NCBI GenBank assembly: GCA_963812135.1
Contig: CAWETU010000001.1
Coordinates: 1,792,001 to 1,856,000 of the forward strand
Source of the DNA: Vulcanimicrobiota bacterium
Lineage (GTDB): Bacteria > Vulcanimicrobiota > Vulcanimicrobiia > Eremiobacterales > Eremiobacteraceae
Direction of reading: 5' to 3'
Length of the DNA stretch: 64,000 nt
Part shown: positions 40,380 to 50,317 of the stretch, piece by piece
How positions within the stretch are numbered: position 1 is the first letter of the stretch
How the letters are laid out: the number at the start of each line of letters is the position of its first letter
The notes under the pieces: generated by a model
What the model was told of the DNA's origin: nothing
Databases searched by the model: none
Seen by the model: the letters and a program-made list of their open reading frames with translations, nothing else
Position numbers and translations under genes: made by a program

Positions 40380-40612
40380 CGCTTCGCCTTGGCCTTGGCC
40401 GGCGTGTGGCCGTTGCCGGCGAGCATCTGATTGAGCGCTTCGCGGCGGAAACGATATTGGCCGCCGGGCGTCTTGATCGCCTCGACTAAGCCTTCGCGCG
40501 CCCAGCGCCGGATGGCCGCGTCGGTCATATTGAGTTCCCGAGCGACCTCACCGGATGTCATCCAGTCGTTCGATCGGTTCTTTCGACGCGTCACTCGCCG
40601 GTCTTCGACCAT
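40376..40612 (-). CDS. BldC-like / excisionase-like MerR-superfamily HTH protein
   Basis: 'MTSGEVA......AIRRWA.EG....IKTPGGQYRF'. Confidence 0.8.
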   Translation of the reverse strand: MVEDRRVTRRKNRSNDWMTSGEVARELNMTDAAIRRWAREGLVEAIKTPGGQYRFRREALNQMLAGNGHTPAKAKAKR

Positions 40613-40771
40613 ACGCGTATCGCTTCTCTCTGTATAGGAGGATGAGTCCAACTCACCCATGACAAGAGCGCGGTCCCCAGGTAGGGTCCGGTCGTTTCAC
40701 GTTTTTTCGGTTTTATCCCTTTTTTACGAGCTGAACGAGATTATCTATATTGACGCGGGCACAAAAATAGG

Positions 40772-40795
40772 CGGTCGAGTAAACTCGACCGCTAC
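40772..40795 (-). repeat. REP family-1 copy with compensatory change
   Basis: GTAGCGGTCGAGTTTACTCGACCG. Confidence 0.88.
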
Positions 40796-40812
40796 ATATT
40801 GGGTTTGGCTAG

Positions 40813-41427
40813 TCAGTCTTGCGGGACGGCCTCGGTCGAGAACGTCACCTTGGTCTGCCCGAACATGATCTTGTCGCCGTGGCGCAGCGGCGTGGGCGCG
40901 TGGGGCACGAGGCGCTGCGAGCCGTTCAGCGAGGTGCCGTTCGTGCTCTCGAGATCCTCGATGATGAAGCTGCCGTGGCGGCGCACGATAAAGGCGTGGC
41001 GGCGCGATACGAAGTTGCCGTGGTCAAAGGGCGCGAGGTCCATGTCCGGATACACGCCGTCCGTGACCGAAGCCCGGCCGACCAGCACGACGTCCGCGTC
41101 GAGCGGCAGGTCGATCTCGCTGCCGTCGCGTTCGATGTGGACGGTGAGGCAGCCGCGCACTGAGGGGGCTTCGAGGCGGTGGGTGGCGGATTCGTCGAGC
41201 TGTGCGATTTCGGCCGGCAACGGCTCGCCGCACATCTTGCAGTAGGTCTCGCCGGAATAATTGCGTGCGAAGCAGCGCCCGCACAAGCGCGCGCTCTCAT
41301 CGCTGCGGACCGCGCCATAAGTCGAGCCCGCAGAGGGTTTATGGGCTGGGCCGGGCCGATCGCCCGTGCCATCCAATGTCATGCGTTTGCTCACGCCTGG
41401 CCGGCTTCCTGAAAGCGGATCTTCCAT
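40813..41427 (-). CDS. Zinc-ribbon plus FHA domain protein
   Basis: 'CGRC...YC.MCG', 'VGR', 'VSRRHA', 'DLESTNGT.LNG'. Confidence 0.88.
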   Translation of the reverse strand: MEDPLSGSRPGVSKRMTLDGTGDRPGPAHKPSAGSTYGAVRSDESARLCGRCFARNYSGETYCKMCGEPLPAEIAQLDESATHRLEAPSVRGCLTVHIERDGSEIDLPLDADVVLVGRASVTDGVYPDMDLAPFDHGNFVSRRHAFIVRRHGSFIIEDLESTNGTSLNGSQRLVPHAPTPLRHGDKIMFGQTKVTFSTEAVPQD

Positions 41428-41559
41428 CCGATATCGTATCATCGTGGCCACCTTAAGGGGTGTGATGGAGCACACATGCCCTCTACCCCATTGTTCGTCC
41501 CCTACGCCATGGTAGCCTATTAACGGGACTAGATGCTTGAAGGTTGCGTGAGAGCCTGT

Positions 41560-42580
41560 TTAAGCGTACCTGATACGCGGGTTGAGCAGCGCATAGGCGA
41601 TATCGACGCCTAAGGTTGACCAAGACGAACGTGGCGGCGAAGAGCAAAATCGTGCCGTTGACCAGCGGGCTGTCGCGGTTGCTGATGGCCTCGAATGCCA
41701 GCCGGCCGACCCCGGGCCAGGCGAATATGTGTTCGGTCAGGACCGCGCCCCCCAGCAGCAGCCCGATCTGCAATCCGATCACGGTGACGATCGGGATGAG
41801 CGCGTTGCGCAAGCCGTGGCGCACGACGACCGCCCACATACCGAGCCCTTTGGCCCGCGCGGTGCGCATGAAGTCCATCGACTGGACCTCCAACATGCTG
41901 GCGCGCGTCATCTTCGCGATGATCGCGAGCGGAATCGTGCCGAGCGTGATGGCGGGCAGGATCAGGTGGCGAATTGCGTCGCCGAACGCCGCCCAGTCGC
42001 CCGCGAGCAACGTGTCGATCAGCACGAAGTGCGTGCGCGTCTCGATCGCATAGCGCAGCGAAAGGCGCCCGCCGATCGGGAACAGATCGATGCCCGCGCG
42101 GCTCGGCTCGTAGGCGAAGATATACAGCATCATCCATCCCAGCCAGAACACCGGCACGGAAACGCCGACGAGCACGACGATGTTGATCGCCGTGTCCAAC
42201 ATGGTGCGATGGTTCAGCGCGGCCAGGATGCCCGCCGGAATGCCAACGATCACCGCAAACAGCATCGCCGCGACGGTCAGCTCGACGGTTGCGGGGAAAT
42301 GCTCCATCAGCTTGGTCCCGACGGGCACGTTGTCGCTCAGCGAGCGACCGAGGTTGCCGTGCGCGATCTGCCACAGATAGGCGCCCAGCTGCGCGTACCA
42401 CGGCTGGTCCAAACGCAGCTCGTGCGTGAGCTGTTGGATCTCGGCGCGGGTCGCATGCTCGCCGAGCATGATCTGGATGGGATTGCCCGGGATCGAATGC
42501 AAGAAGAGAAACGACAAGACCGTGATCGTCAGCAACACGGCGACGAAGCGCAGTGCGCGTTGCGCGATGAATCTGGCCAC
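41560..42580 (-). CDS. dppB: Peptide ABC permease DppB/OppB, 1-nt insertion near 41612
   Basis: 'TARAKG', 'H.LRNALIP', 'FAWPG.G'; corrected end '[18 protein letters not shown]'. Confidence 0.88.
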
Positions 42581-42726
42581 GGTTTTGGGCCTTTCCTCGC
42601 GCCGACACGCTGCCCTGCACGCGCGGTCGCAGCCCGCGCGCGCCGTTTCGCAGGAGGCACGGGTCGGACCGCAAAGACCTTCTTCTCACCATTTGCGGCG
42701 CTTTTCTTGGAGCACGTGACATCTTC

Positions 42727-44835
42727 ATGACCCCTGCGATCGGCTTCTCTGTTTCGATTTGGTTCGCGGTCGGCTGCGGGGTGCTCGCCCTCCTGTATGG
42801 CGCGTACCTCATCAATTGGATCCTGCGCAAACCCGCCGGCACGCCTCGCATGCAGGAGATCGCCGCGGCCATCCAAGAGGGCGCGCTGGCGTACATGCGC
42901 CGCCAATACACGACGATCGCCATCGTCGCGGTCGTCCTCGCCGTGGTCATCGCAATCGCGTTCCGCGCGTGGGAGCCGTCCGTCGGCTTCCTGATCGGCG
43001 CAATCCTCTCGGGTGCGACCGGCTTCATCGGCATGTCGATCGCCGTGCGCGCCAACGTGCGCACCGCAGAGGCGGCTAAGGATGGCTTGCCGGCTGCGTT
43101 CGCCGTCGCGTTCAACGGCGGCTCGATCACCGGCTTGCTCGTCGTCGGTCTTGGCATCATCGCGGTCGCCGGCTACTTCGCGCTGATGCACTCGGTCTAC
43201 GGCGGCGACTTGCGTGCCGCGCTCGGCCCGATGATCGGGCTTGGATTCGGCTGCTCGCTCATCTCCGTGTTCGCGCGTCTGGGCGGCGGCATCTACACGA
43301 AGGCCGCAGACGTCGGCGCCGATCTGGTCGGCAAGGTCGAAGCGGGCATCCCCGAAGACGATCCGCGCAATCCGGCGGTCATCGCAGACAATGTCGGCGA
43401 CAACGTCGGCGACTGCGCGGGCATGGCGGCCGACTTGTTCGAGACCTACTGCGTGACCACCATTGCGGCGATGCTGCTCGGCGTGCTGATCTTCGGGTCG
43501 CAGCCGACGCTCGCATTGGCCGCGTCGCTTTTCCCGCTCGCCATCGGCGGCGTTTCGATCATCACCTCGATCATCGGCACATGGTTCGTGCGCGTGCGCG
43601 GCACGGCTATCATGGCCGCCATGTACTCCGGGTTGACGGTCGCCGCCGTGCTGGCCGCGATCGCGCTCTATCCGCTCACGAAACACGTCATGGGCGACGC
43701 CGACGCGCTGATGGGCGGCACCGGCCAGTACGTCGCGTGGCGCTTGTGGGCGTGCGCGCTCATCGGACTGATCATCACCGCGTTGATGGTCATCATCACC
43801 GAGTATTTCACGGGCACGCAGTTCAAGCCGGTCCAAGAAATCGCCAAGGCGTCGACCACCGGCCCGGCGACCAACATCATCACCGGCCTCGCGGTGTCGA
43901 TGAAGTCGACGACAACGCCCGCTCTCGTGATCGTGGCCGGCATCTTGAGCTCGTATATGCTGTCGGGCCTGTACGGCGTCGCGATCGCGGTCATGGCGAT
44001 GCTCTCCATGGCGGGCATCATCGTCGCGCTCGATTCCTACGGCCCGATCACCGACAACGCCGGCGGCATCGCCGAGATGTCAAAGCTCGGTCCCGAGATC
44101 CGCGCGATCACCGATCCGCTCGACGCGGTCGGCAACACGACCAAAGCGGTGACCAAAGGCTATGCGATCGCTTCGGCCGCGCTGGCTGCGATCGTGCTGT
44201 TCGCGTCGTTCCAGCAAGAGCTCAGCGAAGCGGCGACCTCGGCGGGGCAGCTCATCTTCAAGCTCGACGATCCGTACGTGTTGGCAGGCCTACTGCTCGG
44301 CGGTGCGCTCCCCTATCTGTTCGGCGCGCTGTGCATGGAAGCGGTCGGGCGCGCCGCGAGCGCGGTCGTCGAAGAAGTGCGACGCCAATTCCGCGAGATC
44401 AAAGGCATCATGGAAGGCACCGCTAAGCCGGAATACGGCAAGACCGTCGATCTGGTGACGGCGGCCGCGCTGCGCGAGATGCTCGTGCCTGCGCTCATCC
44501 CCGTGCTCACGCCGATCGCGGTCGTGCTGCTCGGCGTTTTCCACATCTTGTCGAGCCACAACGCCGCGCTGATGCTCGGCGGCGTGCTCGTCGGTTCGAT
44601 CGTCACCGGCCTGTTCGTCGCCATCTCGATGACCTCAGGCGGCGGCGCGTGGGATAACGCCAAGAAGTACATCGAGGACGGGCATTACGGCGGCAAAGGC
44701 AGCCCCGCGCATGCAGCGGGCGTCATCGGCGACACGGTCGGCGACCCTTATAAAGACACGGCAGGCCCGGCCATCAACCCGATGATCAAAGTGCTCAACA
44801 TCGTGTCGCTGCTCTTGGTGCCGTTCCTGAAGTAG
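42727..44835 (+). CDS. hppA: Membrane H+-translocating pyrophosphatase, K+-independent signature
   Basis: '[11 protein letters not shown]', 'DNVGDNVGD', 'GNTTKA' with Lys at the K+-dependence position. Confidence 0.96.
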   Translation: MTPAIGFSVSIWFAVGCGVLALLYGAYLINWILRKPAGTPRMQEIAAAIQEGALAYMRRQYTTIAIVAVVLAVVIAIAFRAWEPSVGFLIGAILSGATGFIGMSIAVRANVRTAEAAKDGLPAAFAVAFNGGSITGLLVVGLGIIAVAGYFALMHSVYGGDLRAALGPMIGLGFGCSLISVFARLGGGIYTKAADVGADLVGKVEAGIPEDDPRNPAVIADNVGDNVGDCAGMAADLFETYCVTTIAAMLLGVLIFGSQPTLALAASLFPLAIGGVSIITSIIGTWFVRVRGTAIMAAMYSGLTVAAVLAAIALYPLTKHVMGDADALMGGTGQYVAWRLWACALIGLIITALMVIITEYFTGTQFKPVQEIAKASTTGPATNIITGLAVSMKSTTTPALVIVAGILSSYMLSGLYGVAIAVMAMLSMAGIIVALDSYGPITDNAGGIAEMSKLGPEIRAITDPLDAVGNTTKAVTKGYAIASAALAAIVLFASFQQELSEAATSAGQLIFKLDDPYVLAGLLLGGALPYLFGALCMEAVGRAASAVVEEVRRQFREIKGIMEGTAKPEYGKTVDLVTAAALREMLVPALIPVLTPIAVVLLGVFHILSSHNAALMLGGVLVGSIVTGLFVAISMTSGGGAWDNAKKYIEDGHYGGKGSPAHAAGVIGDTVGDPYKDTAGPAINPMIKVLNIVSLLLVPFLK

Positions 44836-44841
44836 ACCGGC

Positions 44842-44864
44842 GACGAGCTTCGCTCGGGTGCTAC
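44842..44864 (-). repeat. REP family-2 copy, supplies stop codon of adjacent gene
   Basis: GTAGCACCCGAGCGAAGCTCGTC. Confidence 0.8.
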
Positions 44865-45529
44865 GTCTGCGGGCCGCTCAAGACGAGCGAGATGTTGTCG
44901 GTGTAACCGTCGTTCGCCGTGCCTTCGAAACGCGTCGCGGTCACCTTGACGCCGATCGAGCGCGTGCCGGCCGGCAGCGTTCCCTCGGCAGCGCGGCGCA
45001 ACAACGCCGTCAGTCCCTGTCGATTCGCGGCCGTCACCGGTCCCAGCGTGACGCCGCCGAGGCGCGCGTGCGTGGAGCCGTAAAACGTCGCGGCTACCGT
45101 GGCGTAATCCGCTTGGCTTGAAAAACCGCCTATCCACGCTGAAAACGCGTACTTGATCTGACCTCGGTCGATCGAAGCGGCAAGCGGCGTCACGTCGATG
45201 CTTTGGCTCGCTGTTGAGATCGGATCGCTCGTGCCGCCCGAGAACAGGTTCTTGCCGCGGTCGGTCGCTCCAGGCGAATTAAGCGACGGATAGTCGTCGT
45301 GGCCGTAGTTGACAGCGGTGAAATTGCCGGTGGTCGTCCAGCCGGGGACATTCGTGCTGCCCTTTTGCGGCAAGCCCGGACCGGCTTCCGCATCGCCGTT
45401 CACGACGAGGTTCTGCCCGATGAGCGAGCCGGTGTCCGCGCCGACGCTTGCGGCGGGCAGCGCGATCAGCAGCGCGATGATCGCAACAAATGCGAATACG
45501 CCTTTGGCCGGCCGAATAAATTCGACCAC
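44861..45529 (-). CDS. Secreted protein with carbohydrate-binding-like beta-sandwich
   Basis: Signal peptide; 'NLVVNGDAEAG...PGW', 'DGY.DNISL'. Confidence 0.65.
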   Translation of the reverse strand: MVEFIRPAKGVFAFVAIIALLIALPAASVGADTGSLIGQNLVVNGDAEAGPGLPQKGSTNVPGWTTTGNFTAVNYGHDDYPSLNSPGATDRGKNLFSGGTSDPISTASQSIDVTPLAASIDRGQIKYAFSAWIGGFSSQADYATVAATFYGSTHARLGGVTLGPVTAANRQGLTALLRRAAEGTLPAGTRSIGVKVTATRFEGTANDGYTDNISLVLSGPQT

Positions 45530-45532
45530 TAC
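45509..45532 (-). repeat. Degenerate REP family-1 copy
   Basis: GTAGTGGTCGAATTTATTCGGCCG. Confidence 0.75.
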
Positions 45533-45582
45533 AGAATCGTATCGGGTCACAGAATCAGATCGGGTCATTGAGCACGCCCTTT

Positions 45583-46215
45583 CTAAAGAACGCCGAAGAG
45601 ATGGCGCAGGCCAGGCCAGAGATGATATGCCTCGCGCATGAGCCGATGAAGCTGGTCGAGCTCCCAGGCTCGGCCCTGCGGGAAGATCGCGACCAATCCC
45701 AAGAGCACGATCGAATAGAAAATCACACCCAGTACGCCCCAGATAAGACTCTCGAGCGTGATCTTCGGCCAAGCCCCTGGCGTCCGGCGCGGCCGCGTCG
45801 AAGCCGGTGAGACCGGGGTGGGGGCAGTATAACTCGCGCTCGTCTCGTCGGCTTGCAGGTTTGAGGGCATCATGGACTCGGCTGGACCGCCGAGCAGGCG
45901 CGAGATCTTGCGCCGCTCGTCGTTATTGAGGTCGACGAAGTCCGCCAGCGTGCGGTATCCGCCCAACTCGCCCGCCTCCTCTTGCGAGCGCACGCGGATG
46001 AGGCCGCGAACCGTGGCGTTGATCTGGCGTAGGTCGATGATCGAGAACAACACCGTCCCCGCCGGTATCTCCACCGGGAACGTCGTCACCAGACCCTTCT
46101 CGTCCAAGTGCGTCACGCGGCCGGTGAGGTCGAGGTTGTATTCGGTGTTGCGCGCCTGCAGCTGCGCCGCAACAGCGAGCGGGGTCGGGAAATCGTCGGG
46201 CCGGTCAGCTGCCAT
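45583..46215 (-). CDS. PilZ-like domain protein with C-terminal TM helix
   Basis: 'G.VTHLDEKGL', 'F.DLNNDERRKI..LL' PilZ-like pattern, no RxxxR. Confidence 0.5.
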   Translation of the reverse strand: MAADRPDDFPTPLAVAAQLQARNTEYNLDLTGRVTHLDEKGLVTTFPVEIPAGTVLFSIIDLRQINATVRGLIRVRSQEEAGELGGYRTLADFVDLNNDERRKISRLLGGPAESMMPSNLQADETSASYTAPTPVSPASTRPRRTPGAWPKITLESLIWGVLGVIFYSIVLLGLVAIFPQGRAWELDQLHRLMREAYHLWPGLRHLFGVL

Positions 46216-46229
46216 TCGATCGTCTCCGC

Positions 46230-46727
46230 TTACTGCGCGCCGCTTGGCGGCGGGCCGGGCAGCACGATGAGCGTCGCGTGGACGAGCGGATTGAAGCCGT
46301 CCAGATAATCGGATTTGCCGACGTCGAAGAACTGCAGCGTCTGGCTTTGCCCAGGATCGATCTCGCCGGTATCCCACGAGCCGTCAGAGGCCGTTGCGGT
46401 GTGCGGTTTTTTGTCCAAATTCGTCCACGTGACGAATTGACCACCGTAGACCCGGATCGTCAAGGGGTGGAAACCATCTTTGTCGATCGTCACGGCGATC
46501 GGCGTCGGTGCGCTTGTCGGTGACGGGGACGCGCCAGGCGAGGCCGACGTCGACGCGGTCGGCGACGCCGCAGGTGTGGGCGTCGCCGCGCTCGCGGCGC
46601 TCGAATAGCCACCGCGCGCGCCGACGAATCCGCCGGCAACGCACAGCGCCACCACTATCACTACGACCGAAGCGCTCTGACGGCTTCGCGGTCCCGCTGC
46701 CAACAAGCCATCACCCCGTTGGGTCAT
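46230..46727 (-). CDS. Exported cupredoxin-fold protein, degenerate copper site
   Basis: 'F.P..I.V..G..VTWTN.D..PHTAT...WDTG.I.PG'; 'YLDGFNPLV' replaces YxCxxHPxM. Confidence 0.75.
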   Translation of the reverse strand: MTQRGDGLLAAGPRSRQSASVVVIVVALCVAGGFVGARGGYSSAASAATPTPAASPTASTSASPGASPSPTSAPTPIAVTIDKDGFHPLTIRVYGGQFVTWTNLDKKPHTATASDGSWDTGEIDPGQSQTLQFFDVGKSDYLDGFNPLVHATLIVLPGPPPSGAQ

Positions 46728-46950
46728 GCCACGTATGACGGGCTGCAAACAGCCCGGCTGGTCGGTCCCCCAAGCCTCGCATCGCAGCCGGTAGACTTGC
46801 ACCGACCGCCGAACGTGGGTATATCATTGCATGCGAGGGGAGCGCCCGCCCTTTCAGATTATATCGGCGAATCCGAATGTCCCGCAGGAACTTCCCTGGG
46901 AGCTTCATGCGAAACATCTGACGGGTCCGCGCACCGTTTCTAGAGATAGC

Positions 46951-47811
46951 ATGAAGATAAGTGAACGAACGCACACTACTGGGTCGCATCTAAGCCGCAA
47001 ATGCTTTCTCTGCGGGCTTTCGGGCATCGGCCTCTCGGCCGCAGCCCTGGCGACCATGCCGCAGGTCGCGCTGGCCGACGATCATGCGCAAGAGCGCAGC
47101 ATCGGGCAGCAAGTCTTTGACGACCAGCGCAAGCAAGGTTTGATCCTGGACACATCCCCGTATTACGACATCCTGCGCGCGACCGGACAGCGGATCTCGG
47201 ATGCGGCTCAACCGCACTGGTACACCATGAACTGGGTCGTCGTCAAGGGTGCGCAAGCTAACGCTTTCTCGGTGCCGGGCGGCTGGGTCTATGTCACCGA
47301 CAGCCTCTTAAGCCAGGCGCAAAACGTCGACGAGCTCGCCAGCGTGCTCGGCCACGAAACGGGCCACCTCGTGCTCGGCCACGTGATGAACCGCCTCAAG
47401 CAGGCGCAGAACCTCAACATCCTGTTCGCCATCAGCAGTATATTCGTGCGCAGCCAAGGCGCCGCGAATCTCTATAATCTCGCCGAACTGGGCGCCAACT
47501 ATGGGTTCTTGAACTTCTCGCGTCAGCAAGAGTACCAGGCCGACCACGAAGGAGTGATCCTGGCGGACAAGGCCCACTACAATCCATGGGGCATGATCTG
47601 GTTCTTCCAGAAGCTTGAGAAGCTCTACGGCGATGTGGGCTTCGAGCAATACGTCCAAGACCACCCGGCGACAAAAGAGCGCATCTCGCGCATCGAGACG
47701 TTCTTCAAGAGCGAGCCGGCCGTGTACGCGAAGTGGCCGAGCCAACTCGTGGTCGCCAACGGCCTGCCGAAGGGCGACCCGAACGCGCGGCTCGTCGTCT
47801 ACAATTCCTAG
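46951..47811 (+). CDS. M48-family metallopeptidase with Tat-like signal
   Basis: 'SRKCFL', 'NAF..PGG', 'HETGH', 'FSRQQE..AD', 'HP...RI'. Confidence 0.9.
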   Translation: MKISERTHTTGSHLSRKCFLCGLSGIGLSAAALATMPQVALADDHAQERSIGQQVFDDQRKQGLILDTSPYYDILRATGQRISDAAQPHWYTMNWVVVKGAQANAFSVPGGWVYVTDSLLSQAQNVDELASVLGHETGHLVLGHVMNRLKQAQNLNILFAISSIFVRSQGAANLYNLAELGANYGFLNFSRQQEYQADHEGVILADKAHYNPWGMIWFFQKLEKLYGDVGFEQYVQDHPATKERISRIETFFKSEPAVYAKWPSQLVVANGLPKGDPNARLVVYNS

Positions 47812-47821
47812 CGTTGGATTA

Positions 47822-47855
47822 TGAAGAGGGCGCGACCGATGTCGCGCCCTCTTCA
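47822..47855. terminator. 15-bp-stem hairpin between convergent genes
   Basis: TGAAGAGGGCGCGAC-cgat-GTCGCGCCCTCTTCA. Confidence 0.75.
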
Positions 47856-47869
47856 CGCTTGCCGATGGA

Positions 47870-47893
47870 CGGTCGAATACATTCGACCGCTAC
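47870..47893 (-). repeat. REP family-1 copy
   Basis: GTAGCGGTCGAATGTATTCGACCG. Confidence 0.9.
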
Positions 47894-47902
47894 GACGGTT
47901 GG

Positions 47903-48280
47903 CTACTTGACCTCGACCTTGGCGCCTTCGCCTTCGAGCTTGGTCTTGATGGCCTCGGCCTCTTCCTTCGTCACGCCGCTCTTGACCGGTTTGGGCGCGC
48001 CTTCGACGAGGTCTTTGGCCTCCTTGAGGCCCAGACCCGGCACGACTTCGCGCACGACCTTGATCACGTTGATCTTCTTCTCGCCTGCGGCGAGCAGGAT
48101 CACGTCGAAGTCGGTCTTGGCCTCGGCTGCGGGTGCACCCGCGCCACCGGCGGGCGCTGCGGCTGCCGCAACCGGCACCGCAGCGGACACGCCGAACTTG
48201 TCCTCGAGGGATTTGACGAGCTCGTGCAGCTCGAGGACGGAGAGTTTGTCGATCTGTTCGATGATATCGGTGACTGCCAT
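47903..48280 (-). CDS. rplL: Ribosomal protein L7/L12
   Basis: 'FGVSAA', 'KINVIKVVR', '[10 protein letters not shown]'. Confidence 0.98.
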   Translation of the reverse strand: MAVTDIIEQIDKLSVLELHELVKSLEDKFGVSAAVPVAAAAAPAGGAGAPAAEAKTDFDVILLAAGEKKINVIKVVREVVPGLGLKEAKDLVEGAPKPVKSGVTKEEAEAIKTKLEGEGAKVEVK

Positions 48281-48307
48281 GATACGATGAATTCCTTTCT
48301 CAAATCT

Positions 48308-48331
48308 CGGTCGAATGAATTCGACCGCTAC
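48308..48331 (-). repeat. REP family-1 copy
   Basis: GTAGCGGTCGAATTCATTCGACCG. Confidence 0.9.
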
Positions 48332-48332
48332 G

Positions 48333-48866
48333 TTAAGCTGCTGGTTGTGATTCGGATCGTTGCGCGTGCAGCGCGTGCAGCGTGCGCACGAGTTTCGAGA
48401 TGCCCGCTTGCAGCGTGCCGTGCAACCGGTACAACGGCGACTTCAGACTTCCGACCAGTGCGCCGTGCAACTCGCGACGGCTACGGATCTTCGACATCGT
48501 GTCGACTTCGCCGGCTCCGAGGAGCCGTCCGTCGACCAACGCCGCTTTGATCTGCAGCTTCTTCGAGTCGCTCGCGAATTTGGCAAGCGCCTTGGCCGCT
48601 GCGACCGGGTCGGTCGTGACGAACGCGACCGCGGTCGGTCCGGCGAGGACGTCCTTGAGCTGCGCGCGACGTTCGTCGCCCACCGCGATCCCGAACAGCG
48701 CGTTCTTGACGACCGAATAGCTGGCCGCGTCTTTGCGCAACTCGTTGCGCAATGTCCGCAGTTCGCCGACCGTCAGGCCACGGTAATCCGTGAAAAACAT
48801 GCTCGCGGCACCATCGACCCGCTTGCGCAGCTCGACGATCTCAGCGTTCTTTTTCTCAGTTGGCAT
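48333..48866 (-). CDS. rplJ: Ribosomal protein L10
   Basis: 'DYRGLTV', 'VVKN', 'GPTAVAF'. Confidence 0.96.
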   Translation of the reverse strand: MPTEKKNAEIVELRKRVDGAASMFFTDYRGLTVGELRTLRNELRKDAASYSVVKNALFGIAVGDERRAQLKDVLAGPTAVAFVTTDPVAAAKALAKFASDSKKLQIKAALVDGRLLGAGEVDTMSKIRSRRELHGALVGSLKSPLYRLHGTLQAGISKLVRTLHALHAQRSESQPAA

Positions 48867-48891
48867 ATAGTTCGTTCACCTCCGTTTCGCT

Positions 48892-48915
48892 CGGTCGAAT
48901 ACATTCGACCGCTCC
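48892..48915 (-). repeat. REP family-1 copy (GGAG foot)
   Basis: GGAGCGGTCGAATGTATTCGACCG. Confidence 0.85.
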
Positions 48916-48968
48916 GTATGAAAAGCGCCCTCTCGAGTCACTCGAGAAAGCGCTTGCGATCGGGGTGT

Positions 48969-48992
48969 CGATCGAACGGATTCGATCGCTAC
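48969..48992 (-). repeat. REP family-1 copy with compensatory change
   Basis: GTAGCGATCGAATCCGTTCGATCG. Confidence 0.8.
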
Positions 48993-49007
48993 TTCTTCGC
49001 TTCGCTT

Positions 49008-49074
49008 CCTCGGCAGGCCCCATCGCTGGGATTAGCTCGGCCATTGTTGGGCCGAGACCTGCGGTCATCGGACG
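49008..49074 (-). promoter_or_regulatory. L10 leader (ribosomal protein autoregulation)
   Basis: GACCGCAGG-hairpin-TAA-hairpin-CCTGCCGAGG upstream of rplJ. Confidence 0.7.
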
Positions 49075-49080
49075 CTCTCA

Positions 49081-49134
49081 TCGCGAGCTTTCGCTCGCGA
49101 CGACACCCGAGCTGCGCTCGGGTGCTACATCTTT
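49081..49134 (-). repeat. REP family-2 composite double hairpin
   Basis: Same layout as 23056-23108: hairpin, CGACA, CCCGAGC..GCTCGGG, TGCTACATCTTT. Confidence 0.85.
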
Positions 49135-49135
49135 C

Positions 49136-49840
49136 TTACGCGGCTGTCGCCGACTTGAGCCGTGTCGGGTCGATCCGCACGCCAGGCCCCATCGTGCTCG
49201 TCAAGGTCACGCTCTTGAGATACGTGCCCTTGGCGGACGCGGGTTTGGCTCGCACGATCGCATCCGTCAGCGCCGTCAGGTTCTCGAGCAACGCCTCTTT
49301 GGAGAACGATGCCTTGCCGACGACGACGTGGATGTTCGCAGCCTTGTCCAGACGGTATTCTACCTTACCGGCCTTGATCTCCGCAACCGCCTGCTTGATG
49401 TTCTGCGTCACCGTCCCGGTCTTCGGGTTCGGCATGCGCTGCGCGAGGATCTTGCCGAGGTTCGAACCGACCGCGCCCATCATGTCCGGCGTGGCGACGG
49501 CGACGTCAAAGTCGAGCCAGCCGCCCTTGATGCGATCGATCAAGTCCTGATCGCCGACGACGTCCGCGCCGGCTTCTTGCGCTTCCTTGGCCTTCTCGCC
49601 TTTGGCGAACACGATCACTTTTTTCGTCTGGCCGGTGCCGTGCGGCAACACGACCGTGCCGCGCACGTTCTGCTCGGGCTTCTTCTGATCGACGCCGAGT
49701 CGCACGTGCAGCTCGACCGTCTCGTCGAACTTCGCCTTCGCGTTGGCCTTCACGAGCTCGACGGCGCGCGCCGAGTCGAACAAACGCTCATCGCCGAGCG
49801 CTTTGAGGGCTTCGCGGTACTTTCTGCCTGGTTTTGCCAT
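49136..49840 (-). CDS. rplA: Ribosomal protein L1
   Basis: 'KFDETVE', '[12 protein letters not shown]', '[10 protein letters not shown]', 'STMGPG'. Confidence 0.98.
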   Translation of the reverse strand: MAKPGRKYREALKALGDERLFDSARAVELVKANAKAKFDETVELHVRLGVDQKKPEQNVRGTVVLPHGTGQTKKVIVFAKGEKAKEAQEAGADVVGDQDLIDRIKGGWLDFDVAVATPDMMGAVGSNLGKILAQRMPNPKTGTVTQNIKQAVAEIKAGKVEYRLDKAANIHVVVGKASFSKEALLENLTALTDAIVRAKPASAKGTYLKSVTLTSTMGPGVRIDPTRLKSATAA

Positions 49841-49855
49841 GATGTCTGGTTCCTC

Positions 49856-49885
49856 CGTGGTGCGAGCGGCTTTCGGCCTCCCACG
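49856..49885 (-). promoter_or_regulatory. Putative L1-binding site upstream of rplA
   Basis: GTGGGAG-hairpin-ACCAC directly before the GGAGG SD. Confidence 0.55.
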
Positions 49886-49894
49886 ATCAGATGC

Positions 49895-50314
49895 TTAGCC
49901 GACTTCGATGCCCATCGAACGCGCCGTGCCCGCCACGATCTTGGCAGCGGCCTCGATGTCATTGGCGTTCAGATCGGCCATCTTCGCTTTGGCGATCTCG
50001 CGAACTTTGTCCATCGAGATCTTGCCGACTTTCTTGCGGTTCGGCTCGCCCGAGCCTTTCTCCACGCCGGCGGCCTTTTTGATCAGCTCCGCAGCCGGCG
50101 GCGTCTTGAGGACGAACGTGAACGACCGGTCCTCGAACACCGTGATGACGGCGGGGATGATGTTGCCCTTGTCCTTTTGCGTGCGCTCGTTGTAGGCTTT
50201 GCAGAACTCCATGATGTTGATGCCGTGCTGGCCGAGCGCCGGCCCTACGGGCGGCGCGGGCGTCGCCGCGCCTCCCGGAACTTGGAGCGTGATCCTCGCG
50301 ATGACTTTTTTCAA
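49895..50314 (-). CDS. rplK: Ribosomal protein L11
   Basis: '[15 protein letters not shown]', 'GTARSMG'. Confidence 0.98.
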   Translation of the reverse strand: MKKVIARITLQVPGGAATPAPPVGPALGQHGINIMEFCKAYNERTQKDKGNIIPAVITVFEDRSFTFVLKTPPAAELIKKAAGVEKGSGEPNRKKVGKISMDKVREIAKAKMADLNANDIEAAAKIVAGTARSMGIEVG

Positions 50315-50317
50315 CGT

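Noticed and set aside
40376..40660. Prophage excisionase
   Set aside because: No integrase or phage genes nearby; the gene is coupled to a sigma factor
40700..40730. Sigma-28 promoter upstream of the HTH-fliA pair
   Set aside because: TAAA and CCGA-like boxes are spaced too closely for the consensus
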